DNA from: Octopus sinensis
Lineage: Eukaryota
DNA length: 64,000 nt
Assembly: GCF_006345805.1 (NCBI RefSeq)
Contig: NC_043005.1
Span: 96,162,001-96,226,000 of the forward strand
Direction: 5' to 3'
Shown in pieces: positions 25,628 to 38,653 of the stretch. A program made the position numbers and the translations under genes. How positions within the stretch are numbered: position 1 is the first letter of the stretch; the number at the start of each line of letters is the position of its first letter. A model generated the notes under the pieces. That model made no database searches. It was not told where the DNA came from and saw only the letters and a program-made list of their open reading frames with translations.

Positions 25628-28600
25628 TTAATATTGTTTTGTATATAATTCTAGTTATTAATTTTACCCTATAAGTATACACTTTGTTAAAAGATCTCCA
25701 TCAGTTTAGACTGTGTATTCTAGTTGTTTGATCAACTGAACTACCTGAAGTCAATGAGTATTCCATAGACAAAAATATGCCCTTAACATAAATTTCAGAT
25801 AGAGTCGGCATGGAACTGAGAGACATACACTGGGCCTTTGAATAAGAGGCCTGCACAGTTTCTCTCAATCTTACCTTTAGCATTTAAACCAACCACATCA
25901 GGCCAAAATAGTCTACCAGTTTTCTTGCTCAAACCAGCCAGATCTAACCTCTCATAGCTATTCGACAATGTCACTCTAAAAATAAACAATCATCTCTTTG
26001 AAATCATGAAGCTACAAGATAATGCATGATTAATTGAAAAAACAATGTGAATAAATAAGCATTGCACTTGACAAAGTAATCTGAATGTGCTGAAGGGTTA
26101 AAATATGTGGCCGGGAGAGAAATGCAATTTTCATTCATATACCATTTAATATTGGTTTTTATATAGAATCCTAACTATTAAATCTTTTTTAATGAATATC
26201 AGTTGATTTCAATGATAAATATTCCAAGTTTTTTCATCAACTGAATTAGTATTTCATTTGCGTATAGTGCTGAGCTCAAATCTTCTAATGAATAAATCCC
26301 TTGTTGAAAGAAAGATAGTTACAAAAAAGACAGGAGAAAAAAGTTACAAAAAGACAGGAGGGGTCAGAAACACAAAGGATAAAACTTCTTAGGTTTAGAA
26401 AGCTTTTGAGTATGATGTATTAGCTATTCTCTAGATTTATCTCAGACAATTTGGCTGACTACCATCCCAAAGACTCAACACAATGTTGAAGAAATGGCAG
26501 CATACTGAGGATGATAATTATGCACTTCCAGGGGGACATACTTAGGCCCTTTAAACTGATATCTAAGAATAAGACAAATAAGCAAATATATGAAAGCAAC
26601 AAGCAAACATATTAATGGCAATAATCAAACATAGTGACAATGAAGCAAATTTGGTGAAGATATTTTCTCGTAACACTCACAGCAAACTGAATCATATGAC
26701 ACATTGGAAAGGAGTGAATCTGCATGGCAATTTGAAACCATAATCTTAGGAAGTAACCAAGAACTATCTAACAAAACAATTATCAATTAACATCATAAAT
26801 TAATTTTTGTCTTAAAAAATTGAGTTAAAAAATAAATTAGATGTTCTATATCATTAACTAATTGACCAATTATGTACCCACTCTTGATATGAAAAGGAGA
26901 AGTAGAATAAGACAGTATGATGTTCGGAACTATTTTTCAAGGGTTTAGCAATGTACGATGAAGTGAATTAGCTTCAACAAGAAATCATAATCAATTTGCA
27001 TGTAAGGAATTGGTGGTACTCATCAATTAGAGATGATGACATCAGACAAATATTATATGAAATAATATTTAGTGTGATATTAAGTAAGATATATACATTA
27101 TCTGGATTTTTGGCTATTTCTGGTTGAATTTCAGTAATCGTATAACAGAAATGCTAGCCCCATTTCCTTTTCATTAAACGTAATTTAGAATAAATTCAAA
27201 ATTGTGGGCAGAATTTTTTTCATTTTCTTTTTAAATTTTAACTGTAAACTAAAAGTTGAAAGTATACACCACAAACATTTAAGCCATCTACCAAAACAGG
27301 ACAGTGCTGTTAACCAAGTGAACTGAAGTTAACAGGATGAAATGAATAAGGAAGAACTAAAAAAATAATTTACTTATAAATTGCTAACATTCGTTGTCCA
27401 AACTTTTGCTTCATAATTTCACTGAATAACCAGTGCCTCAGACACAAAAATTGTTAATTCATGGGCTTCTCGATAACTGTTATGAAGTATTTCAGGCACT
27501 CTTGCAGATCTTTCTTTTTATTCAAGATTTAAAATGTTCAATAATTTGCATAATCAATTTTTTTTAATGACTGCAAGGGCAGATACAGTTTTAGGGAAAA
27601 CCTCTCAACAAGTCACGTTCCCAAAATGGTGAGAAGTTAGAATAAATTTTCTCTCATGTATTTTTCTTTTTCTTTTCCCTCTTTTTACAAAAACTATAAA
27701 ATTATTGAGTTAAAAAATAAATTAAATGTTCTGTATCATTAACTATTCGAACAATTATGTACCCACTCTTGATATGAAAAGAAGTGAAGAGAATGAAAAG
27801 ACAATATCTGTTATTTAATCCTAGTAATAAGAACAAACATTTCTTCTATCATTGCCTGTTCTATTTTCAGAAAACATAACTAAATTAGTTTTTAATTAAA
27901 CCAAAGTTCTAGTAAGAGCAGCTAAACTAATTATACCAAATATACTCATTGTGTTTCTACAATTCAAATTCCTGTTAGTTTAAACTTAGTTTCATATACT
28001 TAATTTTGTGTTAATATTTAATATGTTGTAGATAACAAAAGTGATATTGTCGTACATATACTTCACCCAGTTTTCAATAACTTTAATACCTACACATCTT
28101 CTGTAAAATACATTCATATATTATTATAAATAAACACAAAATTAAACCTTAAAAACTTTAGTCTTCTCAAAAATAAGATAATCATTCCACAAACACTTAA
28201 CTAAATTCATTTGTTGGAGTAACTGATAAACTAAATAACTTTATTATCAAGGTTAATGGCAAAATATAAAATGAACCTAGCCCTTCATTTTACATTACAC
28301 ATCTTCTCCCTTACAGCGTCATGTTTATCTATGTTTTTTGTTTCTATATAAATTATATGCCACTCTGTCACCAAACATCAATCTTTATTCTTGCTACTGT
28401 TTAGTCTAGTCACAGTGTTAACAAGGAGGAGACACATTAGATTCACTTGGAATTGGTTCCATTTGATTTAACAAGAGAGTAGCCTGCTGATGTACCTGAT
28501 ATATAGACAATCAGCATTCGTATGTCATTAGCCTTTCACTAGTGATTCATTAAGATAACAAAGTAAATATTTAAAGGGGGGATTAGTTTGAGAAAAAAAA

Positions 28601-28831
28601 AAGCGACATTGAATGAAAATGGTTAGGTAATTTCTTACTCCCGAATTTTAAGGAACAATGGAAACATACTAAATAGATATCATTTCAAGAGGAAGCTGCA
28701 ATTCTTGTCCATCAATCATGGAAATGAAGAAAAGAGGCAGGGAGAAAGAGAGAGAAAGTGAGAGGAGGAGGGGGAGAAGAGGGGTGATTATGTGATTGTT
28801 TAAGCACAAAAGGAAAGGAAAAAGCATACAT

Positions 28832-28832
<1 letters not shown>

Positions 28833-28863
<31 letters not shown>

Positions 28864-30034
28864 GCATGCATAGATGCACCCCCCACACATACACACATAA
28901 TTATATATATATGTATAATAAATATATTGGGCTGGGGAGATCCAATAACAAAACATTAATACTGTATTCAATTTGGAGATCATATCTGGAAGTCCTTTTA
29001 AGACTACATGTCAAAAATTTTTAAGTAATTTTATTCCAATACCCCCACCCTCCCCATGTGGCTTTCCCTTTCATATTTTGCCTACCCTCTAGTTTCATCC
29101 ATCTCTTCAAGTGAAGTAGCAAGTAGAAGTAGAAAAGAATAATGAGATAGGAGTCTCGTTGCTGTTATTTAACCACAAAGAACTTAAGAGGTTCAAATTT
29201 GGTTATAGCAAATAAAATAATAACGGGTAAAATATCTTTTTAATCTGTGGAAAAAAAAAAAAAAAGAAAGGAAAAAGGGGGGGAGTGTCTTTTCCTGGGG
29301 TTGTTTGTTTATCTGTTTTCTCTCTACATACACAGTTGGCATGGATAGCAAGTGGGAAGGAGAGGTTTAAAGTGATAAAAATATTCAACTGGTATTTTTT
29401 TTTTAATAAAATAATTATGACAAGTCAGTAGAAAATTTCTTTTTACACTTAATAAATTTGAATTAGTAATCAGGGTTTCGTCGTAATTTAATTTAAATAA
29501 AAATCTTTTTTTTTCCTTTTCAAGTTTAGAACAAATTAAGGTAGATGAAATATATACATATTAACTACATCTGCACATTCAATACATCATGCATAAGTAA
29601 ACCATTTATGCAACTATCGCATGTGTGTGTACGTGTGTGTGTGTGTGTGTGTATATATATATTTATGTGTGTGTGTGTGTGTGTGTGTACACACAAAATG
29701 CATACACTTGAACATAACAATCAAGTTTTATATATTTAGAAACTTTACACACCCACACATATATAAACTATTATGCATGGAAATACAAAATATATATAGC
29801 ATACATACTACATGATAACACTTAGATATAAATTATATTTATACAAGGGCATGTCAATGTAAACACAAAGATATATATATATATATATATATATATCAAT
29901 CTACATGGTACAATTATGTTCATGTGTGTGTATGTATGTATTATACATACATAAATACACACACAGTACTTCCATATAGATACATTATAGTAATAGCAAT
30001 ACATACATTAAAACTATGTATGTATGCATGTATA

Positions 30035-30086
<52 letters not shown>

Positions 30087-31270
30087 AGCATGCATAGATG
30101 CACCCCCCACACATACACACATAATTATATATATATGTATAATAAATATATTGGGCTGGGGAGATCCAATAACAAAACATTAATACTGTATTCAATTTGG
30201 AGATCATATCTGGAAGTCCTTTTAAGACTACATGTCAAAAATTTTTAAGTAATTTTATTCCAATACCCCCACCCTCCCCATGTGGCTTTCCCTTTCATAT
30301 TTTGCCTACCCTCTAGTTTCATCCATCTCTTCAAGTGAAGTAGCAAGTAGAAGTAGAAAAGAATAATGAGATAGGAGTCTCGTTGCTGTTATTTAACCAC
30401 AAAGAACTTAAGAGGTTCAAATTTGGTTATAGCAAATAAAATAATAACGGGTAAAATATCTTTTTAATCTGTGGAAAAAAAAAAAAAAGAAGGAAAAAGG
30501 GGGGGAGTGTCTTTTCCTGGGGTTGTTTGTTTATCTGTTTTCTCTCTACATACACAGTTGGCATGGATAGCAAGTGGGAAGGAGAGGTTTAAAGTGATAA
30601 AAATATTCAACTGGTATTTTTTTTTTAATAAAATAATTATGACAAGTCAGTAGAAAATTTCTTTTTACACTTAATAAATTTGAATTAGTAATCAGGGTTT
30701 CGTCGTAATTTAATTTAAATAAAAATCTTTTTTTTCCTTTTCAAGTTTAGAACAAATTAAGGTAGATGAAATATATACATATTAACTACATCTGCACATT
30801 CAATACATCATGCATAAGTAAACCATTTATGCAACTATCGCATGTGTGTGTACGTGTGTGTGTGTGGTGTGTGTATATATATATTTATGTGTGTGTGTGT
30901 GTGTGTGTGTACACACAAAATGCATACACTTGAACATAACAATCAAGTTTTATATATTTAGAAACTTTACACACCCACACATATATAAACTATTATGCAT
31001 GGAAATACAAAATATATAGCATACATACTACATGATAACACTTAGATATAAATTATATTTATACAAGGGCATGTCAATGTAAACACAAAGATATATATAT
31101 ATATATATATATATATATCAATCTACATGGTACAATTATGTTCATGTGTGTGTATGTATGTATTATACATACATAAAAACACACACATAAATACACACAC
31201 AGTACTTCCATATAGATACATTATAGTAATAGCAATACATACATTAAAACTATGTATGTATGCATGTATA

Positions 31271-31320
<50 letters not shown>
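28833..31320. repeat. Near-identical tandem duplication, period ~1.22 kb, bounded by (CA)n tracts
   Basis: caagcatgcatagatgcacc recurs at 28861 and 30085; the units match apart from microsatellite or homopolymer length and a short insertion. Confidence 0.95.
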
Positions 31321-31321
<1 letters not shown>

Positions 31322-31351
31322 GCACACACATATATATATATATATACATAC

Positions 31352-31385
<34 letters not shown>

Positions 31386-31491
31386 CAACATAGAACAGTC
31401 ATTTATGCATACATACGCTAGCCCATATATATATATTCATATAGACACAAGCATACATAGATATACATTTACATACTTTTTTATTCTATAC

Positions 31492-31525
<34 letters not shown>

Positions 31526-31869
31526 CAGAAATTTAGTTTTAAACTTCAGAGCTGGATTTCTGTTTCATTACTTTGTCTTCATTATATTTTTCATTTGTGC
31601 TCATTTTTACAATTTCTATATCCAATGTAGAAAGATATCAATATTTTCTGGTAGAAATAAAAAAAAAACAATAAAAACTTAAGGGTTGAAAGCTAATCAA
31701 AATAATAAGTATTGACATCTTTCTAGCGGTTTTATTAGCAGGGAGGAGGAGGAGGAGGAGGAAATATTCTTCTTATACACGTCTCTCTATTTTTCTGTAT
31801 CATCTTTAAACTTTGAGTTTGTTTGTTTCCATTCTGCTGTGTTATTTATGTTATGTGTGTGAAGTACAC

Positions 31870-31877
31870 ATACCTAC

Positions 31878-31931
<54 letters not shown>

Positions 31932-32351
31932 GTGTGTGTGTGTGTGTGTGTGCATGAGTGTATATACATACTTAGACATGCACACACACATGTATATACA
32001 TGCATACATATATGAATATACATACATATGTGTGTATATGCATACATACATATATATGTGTATATACATACATATATACATGTATATATATACATACATA
32101 TGTGTATACACATACATATACACATGTGTACATATAAACATATACACATGTATACATACATACATATACACATATGTGTATATAGATATATATATATATG
32201 TGTACATACACACATATGTGTGTGTGTATATACATATATATATACCTATGTGTATATACATACATATATGTGTATATACATACATATATGTGTATATACA
32301 TACATATATATGTATATACACACATTCATACATATATGTATACACACATAT

Positions 32352-32394
<43 letters not shown>

Positions 32395-32400
32395 ATTATG
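31870..32400. repeat. Long compound (TA)/(TG)/(TACA) microsatellite
   Basis: Directly visible; similar tracts at 7866-8040, 18680-18820, 33000-33210, 38590-38650, 43285-43340, 50285-50340. Confidence 0.95.
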
Positions 32401-32995
32401 TACAAAATTTGTAAGAAGCAAGAAAGATTGACAAGAATTTGGCTAATCCTTTTATATGTAAACATGTATGTATATGTATGTTTAAATATGCATATATATA
32501 TATATATATTTATATAAACACACATACACACATGCTTGCATATACACATTTTTCATTTGTTTTTCCTTTTTTAAATTCTCATCAACTAAAAGCAAAGAAA
32601 GACCTCAATTCCTTTCATTTGCCTCAGGGTCAGATAGAATAGAGAAGTGTCTGAATGGTTGTAGGGCATACAGTGGTTGGGGTGGGGGGGAAGGTGTTTT
32701 TTATATAGAAGGGGGTGGGTGACAGAAGGGGTGATGGGAGGGTACAAGTTGAGAGAGAAAGAGAGATGTAAGAAAAACAAAACAAACAAATATCAACCAC
32801 AGTTAAAGGTTCTGGGGTCAGTTCTATTTAGACAGACATGTCACACAACCATTTTTGCCTATTTCCATGGTTACAGAATTAGCTGGAGTAGGGTTGAAAA
32901 GTCTAGCAGACTTGCTGAGCTCGTTTACTCTCTTCTTTCAATAATTAGAAGACACACGTTCAAATCAGCCACGCTCTCAAAAAGAGTCATATCAT

Positions 32996-33104
<109 letters not shown>

Positions 33105-33128
33105 CACATATATGTGTGTGTACATATA

Positions 33129-33194
<66 letters not shown>

Positions 33195-33448
33195 CGCATA
33201 TATATATATGTAAGGTGAGGTACTGGTGAGACAAGGGAAAAAAAACGAAAACACATCACCAGCATTTTGGCAACAAGAATGATTTCTAGATGGAAAATGG
33301 TAATGATGCAAATAAAAAGTAGAGGGTTGACAGATGTGAGAGACAGAGAGAGAAATAGAGGAACAGAGAAAGAGAGAGAAAGGGAAAGGAAAAAAAAGAC
33401 TGATGTAGAATGGAAGAAGGAGAAGTGTGCTATAGAAAGATTAAATCT

Positions 33449-33646
33449 TCAGGAATAGTCCGTGAAATCTTCGTGAAAAACTTTTGCTTCAGTCCGATCA
33501 TAGCCAGCCCTCTCGTCGGCAGCTGTTTTCAATTTCTCCATTACTTTACTACGTAATCGTTTCATGTGTCTTAGACGTTCCAACCAATTAGATGCAAAAG
33601 GATCTTTAGGGTTACTTTTCTGTCTCCAAAGGACCATAGATGCCAA
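33449..33646 (-). CDS. TSC2: TSC2 terminal coding exon (LASMVL...[12 protein letters not shown]...EDFTDYS*)
   Basis: ORF 33449..33646; tttcag acceptor; TGA stop. Confidence 0.95.
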   Translation of the reverse strand: MASMVLWRQKSNPKDPFASNWLERLRHMKRLRSKVMEKLKTAADERAGYDRTEAKVFHEDFTDYS

Positions 33647-36600
33647 CTGAAATAAAGTAATTGTATAGTAAATATAAATATTTTCTTATTTTTGTACATA
33701 AAAGTTAATAAAATTGTATACACATGTTTAAGCTTTTTGATATGAATCCACTAGACCACATCTGATCCATGATACAAAGACCAGTCATTTTAAAGATTCA
33801 TTGTCTCAATGAAAACCAGTCATCTTAATTCTATTTCAAAAGCTTTGAAGCTGGTGGTCCAAACAACCACCAAATTATGATGAAGTTAAGTTACTAAATG
33901 CTTCCGAATTGATTATTTTCAAAACCAATTGAAACACACATGCAATATGATTCATTAGACGTATAGTCATGAAAGAGTGGAAAACTAAAAACAGAATGTA
34001 CATAACCAATAATCGTATCATGACAAATGAATGTAGGATTATTTTCCAAGTTAATTCAAATTTCTGTAGTTTTTATCGAATATCTGATGATATGTTGTAG
34101 ATTGTATACTGAACAGAAATTTGAATAAATGAAGGAGATAGTCTAATCTATTGATTCCCAATCTGGGGTGCAAGGGAGCATTTCAGCACGTACCACAAAG
34201 AGATAAAGGATATATTTCATTAAAATTATATTCCAAAATAAAATTATTTACTAACTCTTATACTTACATTACAGTGGATTGCCATTAGCCGAACCAAAGC
34301 AGCTAATTTATCGTCGGAAATTGTCTTGGATTCTTGTCCCAAAGATTCAGCAATATCTAAAAGAAAGAAAACAATAAGTGAAATGGAATTATTTCCTGAG
34401 AGGAACATGATAGTAAAATGAGAGTATTCATATAATTTTAAAAATTGTCTTTAATTAATTGTACTGGTGTCACATAAAAAATATCCAGTATGTTTATCTA
34501 TAAAGTGGATGGTGCTAGGAAGGGCATCGAGAAACCATGTAGAAACCAGACAGTAGAGCTTACTGCAGTCCTCTGGCTTCTGTCAAACCATTCAATGAGG
34601 GGAACCTTCAGGTGGCTAATTAGTTTGCTAGAAACAGCAGCCAGGTCTCACTCAATTTGCATCCTATACACATAAGAATAAATCTAAAAATTACCCAGTA
34701 CTGTGCCCGAATAAATGACAAAATGTCACAGACGGAATACTTTATGATTAAAGTTTTTTGTTGAATCAGGACTGATGTATAGTTAACCTTTTAGCATTTA
34801 AACTGGCCGTGTCAGGCTCAAATATTCTACTACTTTTATGTTCGAATCATTCAGATCTGGCCTCTCACACTTACCCTACAGTGTCATTCTAAAAATAAAC
34901 AGACACACATCACCAAAATCTTGAAGTTACAAGATAATGCATGATTAAATTAAAACAATGTGAATAAATAAGCATTACATTTGACAGAGTAATCTGAACG
35001 CTAATCAGTTAACTGCAATAGCAAGTTAATGAACACACCTGTACACCATAACTTCATCTGCTTAAAACAGCGATAAAATCTCTCCATTTAGAAACAGAAC
35101 ACCAGGCAATCTAGTTCTAAATACTCTAAGTTTGATAAACAAAAATAAAAGAAAGAAACAGGCTTTGCACACAGAGAGTGCTTTTGATTATAAATCTGCT
35201 GGATCAGAGTTGACCTGGGGCTGTACAACAATCACCACCACATAACTAAATGTGCCTTTAGTGGAATCTATTCTGATGTAAGTATTCAAGCCAGGTTTTC
35301 AATCTGATGTAACTCTCTCTCTCTTCCTCTCACCACTTTCAAATGCCCTGTAAACACCCACAAATACTGCTTTTCTATTTGTGACTAAAACTTTGAAAAA
35401 AAACAAACAAAAAAACCCTTATAAATAGGTTTTGATTTAAAAATAACAACTGAATACCTTATATGCTCACAGATAGGTTGCACTTTTTTTAACAAAAATT
35501 TCAATACAAATCGCGAGTGCAACCTGTCCACAAGGATCTGAAGCAGATGGCAAAGTAGTGGAGTTGATTTATCAATTAGACTACTTTCATAAAGTCACTT
35601 CCACAAAAATGTCTTAATATTTGTAAGCAAAGTTTTGAAATAAAGGTGAATATTTGATAATATCTAACAAATATTAGTAACATTTACATTAAAAAAGAGC
35701 CATGTAACTCCCCAGATTATCGTGCGACCTATCTGCAAGTCAACCGCAAATATCTACTTTGACAACCCCAAACTAAGGGTGTGACCTATCTACAAGTATA
35801 TACAGTAGATAAAGTAAGTAAAAAAACAAATAAAAATAAAAATGTAGAATCTTACCAGACGTTATAACGTCTTTGACAGCAGCTAAGAGAAGAAAGAAAA
35901 CAAGAAAAAAAAAAAACCATTGTTAGTTAACTTATGACATTTACATTAGATATTAAAATAAAGCTATATTCTATAGAGCACACACATTACATATATATTA
36001 AAATAAAGGAGATATTTACAGTCAGAATTGAAAATTGTTGGACAGAAATTACTGAAATTGCAACAGAAAATAATCCAGAAAGTCATTTATTTTTATCATT
36101 TTTATCATTTATGGAATTTTACTTGTGTAGCAAGCATCTTGATCCAAGAATGGGTGTGGAAACTGAAGCAATTACATCAGCAAAACCATTTTCAGTAATT
36201 TTATAAAACACAAAAATTGTTAGACTCTTTTTCCAGTTATTTTTTCGAGATGTCAAAATTTTTGTTGCGCAAATGGAATAGAACAATGTCAGTAAGGGTG
36301 CAGCAGTAGAACATGTAAAAACCAAACGGAAAATAAAACTGGGTTTGATGGAATTATCTAATACTGTCCCCTTGAAATTATTGGTCTCAGGCAGAATCTG
36401 AAACCTTTATTATTGAGTGAGAGAGCAGCACATGCTGTTGAAGTGACACAGGGGTACAAATATACGAAGCCCAATATACCCATCATGACTACCTGTCTGA
36501 TAAGGGAACACCAGGCACATGCATCACAGCCATACATGTGCGATGTGGTGATCTCATATTAAGATAAACACCACATGACCTTGTAGGTGAGGCTCAGCTA

Positions 36601-38588
36601 GAATTTTCTACAGGTCAAGTAGCCCATCCTGCTCAAAAGGTCCCTGAATAAGGTTTGTTTAAGGATGTTGAACAAAATACCTATGTTTCCAGATGTGAAT
36701 TATTCAAATCCAAAGAATTCCTCTCAGCATATGGTTATGATGCTCCCCAACTTCTTCTGCTCATGATCAGAGATGCATATATTGTCAGCCACCAAGGGAC
36801 ATGCTCAACTGGTTTAGGTCAAGCAACTGACAAGAAAATCTGTGATATTGAGCAGAATATTTGCTGTAGCCCATCTTTTATACCAAGACAAAACAAAGTA
36901 CATGATAACACCTCCAATCAATTAAGATCAAAAGCCATGACAGACACTGCTTGATACTGCATCAGGGCATATTATTATTATTATTACTATTTGGGGTCAA
37001 TAAAGTAAGTGCCAATTGAGCACTGGGGTTGATGTAATCGACTAAACCCCTCCTGTTAAATATCAGGCTTTGTGTCTATATTAGAATTATTATTGAGAGT
37101 AATTCTGTTTTAGAATTCTCTTTCCCCTAAAATTATTGGCCTCTTGCCAAAATTTGAAACCATTATTATTATTATTAAGGTAGCAAGCTGGCAGGATTGT
37201 TAAGCATGATGAAAGAAATGTTGCCAAGCATTTTGGCCATCTTTATGTTTCGAGTTCATTCTGCCATGGTTGACTGCCTTTCAGCACCAGTTGAGCACTG
37301 GGGCCATGTAATCAATTTATTTTAAAATCCTCTGCATTCACTGTGACTATGGGTTCAAGCTTAGCCAAGGAGGTTATGAATACAGTGCATTAAGATTTAT
37401 TAAAGCTCTACAGCAGAGGTTCTCAAACTTTCTGCCCCCCACCCATGGCCACATAATACCCCCAGCGCCCCCACCCCTATTTTTATGTATAAATAAATAT
37501 TTTATATTTTACTAATTTATATATATTATGAATCATTTGATATTTAATATAATAATTTGTATATTATATGGCTTCTGTGCAGGTGGCACATAAAAAGCAC
37601 CATTTGAGCATGGCCGTTGCCAGTACTGCCTGACTGGCCCCCATGCCAGTGGCACGTAAAAGCACCCACTACACTCTCAGAGTGGTTGGCGTTAGGAAGG
37701 GCATCCAACTGTAGAAACTTTGCCAGATCAGATTGGAGCCTGGTGCAGCCATCTGGTTTGCCAGCCCTCAGTCAAATCGTCCAACCCATGCTAGCATGGA
37801 AAGCAGACGTTAAACGATGATGATAATGATGATAATAATATTATTATAAATTCATAGCATCCCCCAATCCACTACCTTCTTCCCAATGCTTCCTTTTTCT
37901 CTACCTCCCCCCTCCACTGCCCCCTTAAGCACCAGCGCCTACCTGGAGAGGTGGAAGCACTCACTTTGCTCTACAGGATAGTCATACCATAACAGAATAA
38001 TAGATAGATATGCCAGTTAAAACTAACAGATAACAATCCTCAAGGTAGAAGAGTGACAGGTGTATAGCAAAGGATATAACTTTCAAAGACGTTCTCACCT
38101 CCGACTATATCTTCATTACAGCACAAGTGAACTTTTACATTAACTCAAAAATCATTTGTTTCAGAAAAAATATATATAAAATTACATATTCTATAGTTCT
38201 TTATAAACCTCAAACCATCTTACAGTTTCCAAAATAACCATGGAATTTCCACAGTTATTCACTATTACTGCTATTTACCACTGCTAGTTATTCCTATTAC
38301 TGTTAAGGCTACCAATGGTTAAGTTGAAAAAGTACAAGCAAACCATAATTTATAAAAGAATATAATGATATAAATCTGGTATGATTCATTTAAGAAATAA
38401 AGAAGTCAAATTTAACAAGAATAATCAAAGAGAAAGCCATGAAATTCTTACCATTTTGGTTTTCTCTGGTAACTATTTTGACTGCATTAGTGTTACAGTC
38501 CAACGGTTCTATGATAATGTTTACAAAATTGAATTCACTCTGCAATGAAAGAGCAATTAAAAATAAAACTCTGCAAATGTATGACTAT

Positions 38589-38653
<65 letters not shown>

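Noticed and set aside
27375-27570. Candidate minus-strand coding exon (HWLFSEIMKQKFGQRMLAIYK)
   Set aside because: All frames from the nearest good acceptor hit stops, and no homology is recognised.
35460-35810. Possible Tc2/pogo-like MITE (also ~18220-18330) and a hAT-like end near 37410
   Set aside because: Only one terminus is recognisable in each and there is no clear TSD; too decayed to call.
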